Source: Gammaproteobacteria bacterium
Lineage (GTDB): Bacteria; Pseudomonadota; Gammaproteobacteria; Porifericomitales; Porifericomitaceae
NCBI GenBank assembly: GCA_014238615.1
Contig: JABAAT010000024.1
Location: 104,234 to 168,233 of the forward strand
DNA length: 64,000 bases
Direction of reading: 5' to 3'
Shown here: piece after piece, positions 61,580 through 64,000 of the stretch
How the letters are laid out: every line of letters begins with the position of its first letter
Numbering within the stretch: the first letter of the stretch is position 1
Position numbers and translations under genes: made by a program
Notes under the pieces: model-generated
Database searches by the model: none
Seen by the model: only the letters and a program-made list of their open reading frames with translations
What the model was told of the DNA's origin: nothing

Positions 61580-62758
61580 ATGGAGACCCCTGTAATCATT
61601 GCGGCCTTGCGCACCGCCGTCGGCAACTTCGGCGGATCCCTGGCCGGCACGACAGCGCACTCGCTGGGCGCCACCGTCCTTAGCGCCCTGCTGGAGCGGA
61701 ACAAAGTGCCCCCCGAACAGGTGGACGAGGTCATCATGGGACAGGTGCTGACCGCCGGTTGCGGACAGAATCCAGCGCGCCAGGCCGCGCTTGCGGCCCG
61801 GTTGCCGCACGGTGTCCCCTGCATGACTATCAACAAGGTCTGCGGAAGCGGCCTCAAGGCCGTGCAGCTCGCGGCCCAGGCCATCCGCTGCGGAGATGCG
61901 GAGATCGTGCTCGCGGGGGGTCAGGAAAACATGAGCCAGGCGCCGCACCTGCTGCCCCGCTCCCGCCAGGGCCAGCGCATGGGAGATTGGAAACTGACAG
62001 ACAGCATGATCCTGGACGGCCTGTGGGACAGCTTCAACGACTACCACATGGGCATCACGGCTGAGAACATCGCCGCACATTATGGTTTTTCCCGGAGCGC
62101 GCAGGATCGCTTTGCGGTGCGAAGCCAGAACCGCGCGGAAGAGGCGCAGAAGTCGAACCGCTTCCGGGACGAGATCGTCCCGGTGCTGGTGCCGCGGCGC
62201 AAGCAGGAAGATCTATGCTTCGATCGGGATGAATTTCCGCGCGCGGGTGTTACCGAAGAACAGATATCCGGCTTGCGCCCGGCCTTCAAACCGGACGGCA
62301 CCGTGACTGCGGCAAACGCCTCCGGCCTGAACGACGGTGCGGCCGCGGTGCTGCTCATGTCCGAAACCCGCGCCAAAAATGCGGGCCGGGAACCCCTGGC
62401 GCGCGTCGTGGGTGCTGCCGGTGCCGGCGTGGATCCGGCGATCATGGGAACCGGCCCCATCCCGGCCAGCCGCCGCTGCCTGAAGCGGATCGGCTGGAAG
62501 GTCGAGGACCTGGACCTGGTGGAAGCCAACGAAGCCTTCGCGGCCCAGGCCATGGCGGTCAACCAGGAGTTGGGCTGGGATACGGAGAAAGTCAACGTGA
62601 ATGGTGGGGCCATCGCCCTGGGACATCCGATCGGGGCATCCGGCGCCCGGGTGCTGGTCACCCTGCTGCATGAGATGCGCCGCCGTGACGAGCGACGCGG
62701 CCTGGCCACACTGTGCATCGGCGGCGGACAAGGGATAGCCTTAGCCGTTGAGCGCTGA
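61580..62758 (+). CDS. phaA: Acetyl-CoA acetyltransferase (PHA beta-ketothiolase)
   Basis: GQNPARQA, INKVCGSG, NEAFA, NGGAIALGHPIGASG, CIGGGQG; adjacent to phaR. Confidence 0.92.
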   Translation: METPVIIAALRTAVGNFGGSLAGTTAHSLGATVLSALLERNKVPPEQVDEVIMGQVLTAGCGQNPARQAALAARLPHGVPCMTINKVCGSGLKAVQLAAQAIRCGDAEIVLAGGQENMSQAPHLLPRSRQGQRMGDWKLTDSMILDGLWDSFNDYHMGITAENIAAHYGFSRSAQDRFAVRSQNRAEEAQKSNRFRDEIVPVLVPRRKQEDLCFDRDEFPRAGVTEEQISGLRPAFKPDGTVTAANASGLNDGAAAVLLMSETRAKNAGREPLARVVGAAGAGVDPAIMGTGPIPASRRCLKRIGWKVEDLDLVEANEAFAAQAMAVNQELGWDTEKVNVNGGAIALGHPIGASGARVLVTLLHEMRRRDERRGLATLCIGGGQGIALAVER

Positions 62759-62806
62759 TCCCCCCCAAGGCGTCCCATCTTCCCCACCCCCGGAGCCGCC
62801 CCCCTG

Positions 62807-63394
62807 ATGACCGCCACACCGACCACCACACCACCTCCCGCAACGGCGGCCCCCGCAAGCGAAACGGATGCCGCCCCGCGGGAGGAACAACCCCGCCGCG
62901 TCATCAAGAAATACTCCAACCGCCGCTTGTACGACACCTACATCAGCGCCTACGTCACCCTGGAGGACATCCATATGCTGGTGCTGAGCAGCGTTGAGTT
63001 CCAGGTGGTGGACGTCAAGACCGGCAAGGATCTGACCCGCAGCATCCTCCTGCAGATCATCGCCAGCCAGGAAGCGCAGCGCGATTCAGTGTTTTCGGTA
63101 CGAGCCTTGTCCGACATCATCTGCTGCTACAGCGAATCCGTACAAGGCACCACCAATGAATTCCTGCGCGAGGGCATGGAACTGCTGTCTCAGCAGCAAC
63201 GCGACCTGCAGCGCCGCATGCAGGAGATAGCGGTCAATCCGGTGCGCACCATGAGCGAAATGATGGAGCGGAACCTGGCTATCTGGGGAAACATGCAACA
63301 GAACTTTCTCCGCTCCATGGGCTTCCCGGAATCGAGAGACACACCATCCGCCGCGGCGCAGTCCCGGGAATCCCCGGAACCCAAAGACAAGTAA
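62807..63394 (+). CDS. phaR: Polyhydroxyalkanoate synthesis repressor PhaR
   Basis: RVIKKYSNRRLYDT..S.YVTLEDI, V.D.KTG.DLTRSILLQII. Confidence 0.93.
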   Translation: MTATPTTTPPPATAAPASETDAAPREEQPRRVIKKYSNRRLYDTYISAYVTLEDIHMLVLSSVEFQVVDVKTGKDLTRSILLQIIASQEAQRDSVFSVRALSDIICCYSESVQGTTNEFLREGMELLSQQQRDLQRRMQEIAVNPVRTMSEMMERNLAIWGNMQQNFLRSMGFPESRDTPSAAAQSRESPEPKDK

Positions 63395-63513
63395 GAAGGC
63401 GCCTGCCACGACCGATCCCCACCAGAAAGCCGAAAGCGCCGTCCCCCACAACCATCATCGCCCCACCAACCTAACCCCCCACGGCGCCAGGCGCGCCGCT
63501 CCTCTACTTCAAC

Positions 63514-64000
63514 TCAGGAGCGATGCCGCAACCACTTGCCGATCCCAGGCGCGACCAGCTTATTGGCCTTGCCGCTGACAAACAACCCGATGTGACCGCC
63601 CGGGAATTCCAGTGCGCTGTAATCAATGCTGCCTGTCAGTCCTTTCAGTGCCTGGGAGGCGGCGGGCGGCACCAGGTGATCCTTGAGAGCATAGACATTC
63701 AACACGGGCATGGTAATGCAATGCGGATCCACCTCCCGGTCGCCGATGCGCACTCCGCCCCGTACCAGCAGGTTCTGCTGGTAGAACTGCTGAACGAATT
63801 CCCGGAAGGCCTCGCCGGCCTGATCCGGACTGTCGAAGATCCACTTTTCCATGCGCACGAAGTTGGCCAGCTTCTGCTCATCGTCCAACAGGTCCAACAT
63901 GCCGAGGTATTTCTGGCCGGTAAGGCGAAACGGCTGTAAAGACAGGAACAGGCTGTTCAGCGAATCACCGGACACATTACCGCAGCTGTCCACAACCAGG
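63514..64000 (-). CDS. phaC: Class III PHA synthase subunit PhaC (3' part, continues beyond the window)
   Basis: GNVSG..LN..FL.L.P, NFVRMEKWIFDSPDQAGEAF..F, DHLVPP, GGHIG. Confidence 0.92.
   Translation of the reverse strand, partial: LVVDSCGNVSGDSLNSLFLSLQPFRLTGQKYLGMLDLLDDEQKLANFVRMEKWIFDSPDQAGEAFREFVQQFYQQNLLVRGGVRIGDREVDPHCITMPVLNVYALKDHLVPPAASQALKGLTGSIDYSALEFPGGHIGLFVSGKANKLVAPGIGKWLRHRS

Overview
GC-rich Gammaproteobacterium-type chromosomal segment, mostly housekeeping. In order: the end of an ICE-like module (probable upstream gene tail plus a DUF4400-like gene), an isolated rsxB-rsxC pair, lptD-surA-pdxA-rsmA, TRAP dctQM, groES-groEL with a CIRCE operator, cutA-dsbD-tlpA-aroQ-accB-accC, a ~5 kb accessory islet, 5-oxoprolinase, an esterase, rhlB/trxA/rho, mutT-TMP synthase fusion, argJ, secA, M23 peptidase, dciA, lpxC, a dcw cluster without murC, folE2, a membrane GGDEF protein, an atypical SDR, apt, phaA-phaR and the 3' end of class III phaC. 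The most unusual part is the islet at 18.3-23.5 kb. It holds an intact, orphan BREX BrxC-like ATPase with altered motifs, preceded in frame by what looks like only the last ~34 codons of brxB, and divergently paired with a stand-alone DUF2235 (Tle1-like) lipase. No other BREX genes are in the window. No rRNA, tRNA, CRISPR array, integrase or transposase was recognised. All family assignments come from motif recognition by eye; no searches were run.
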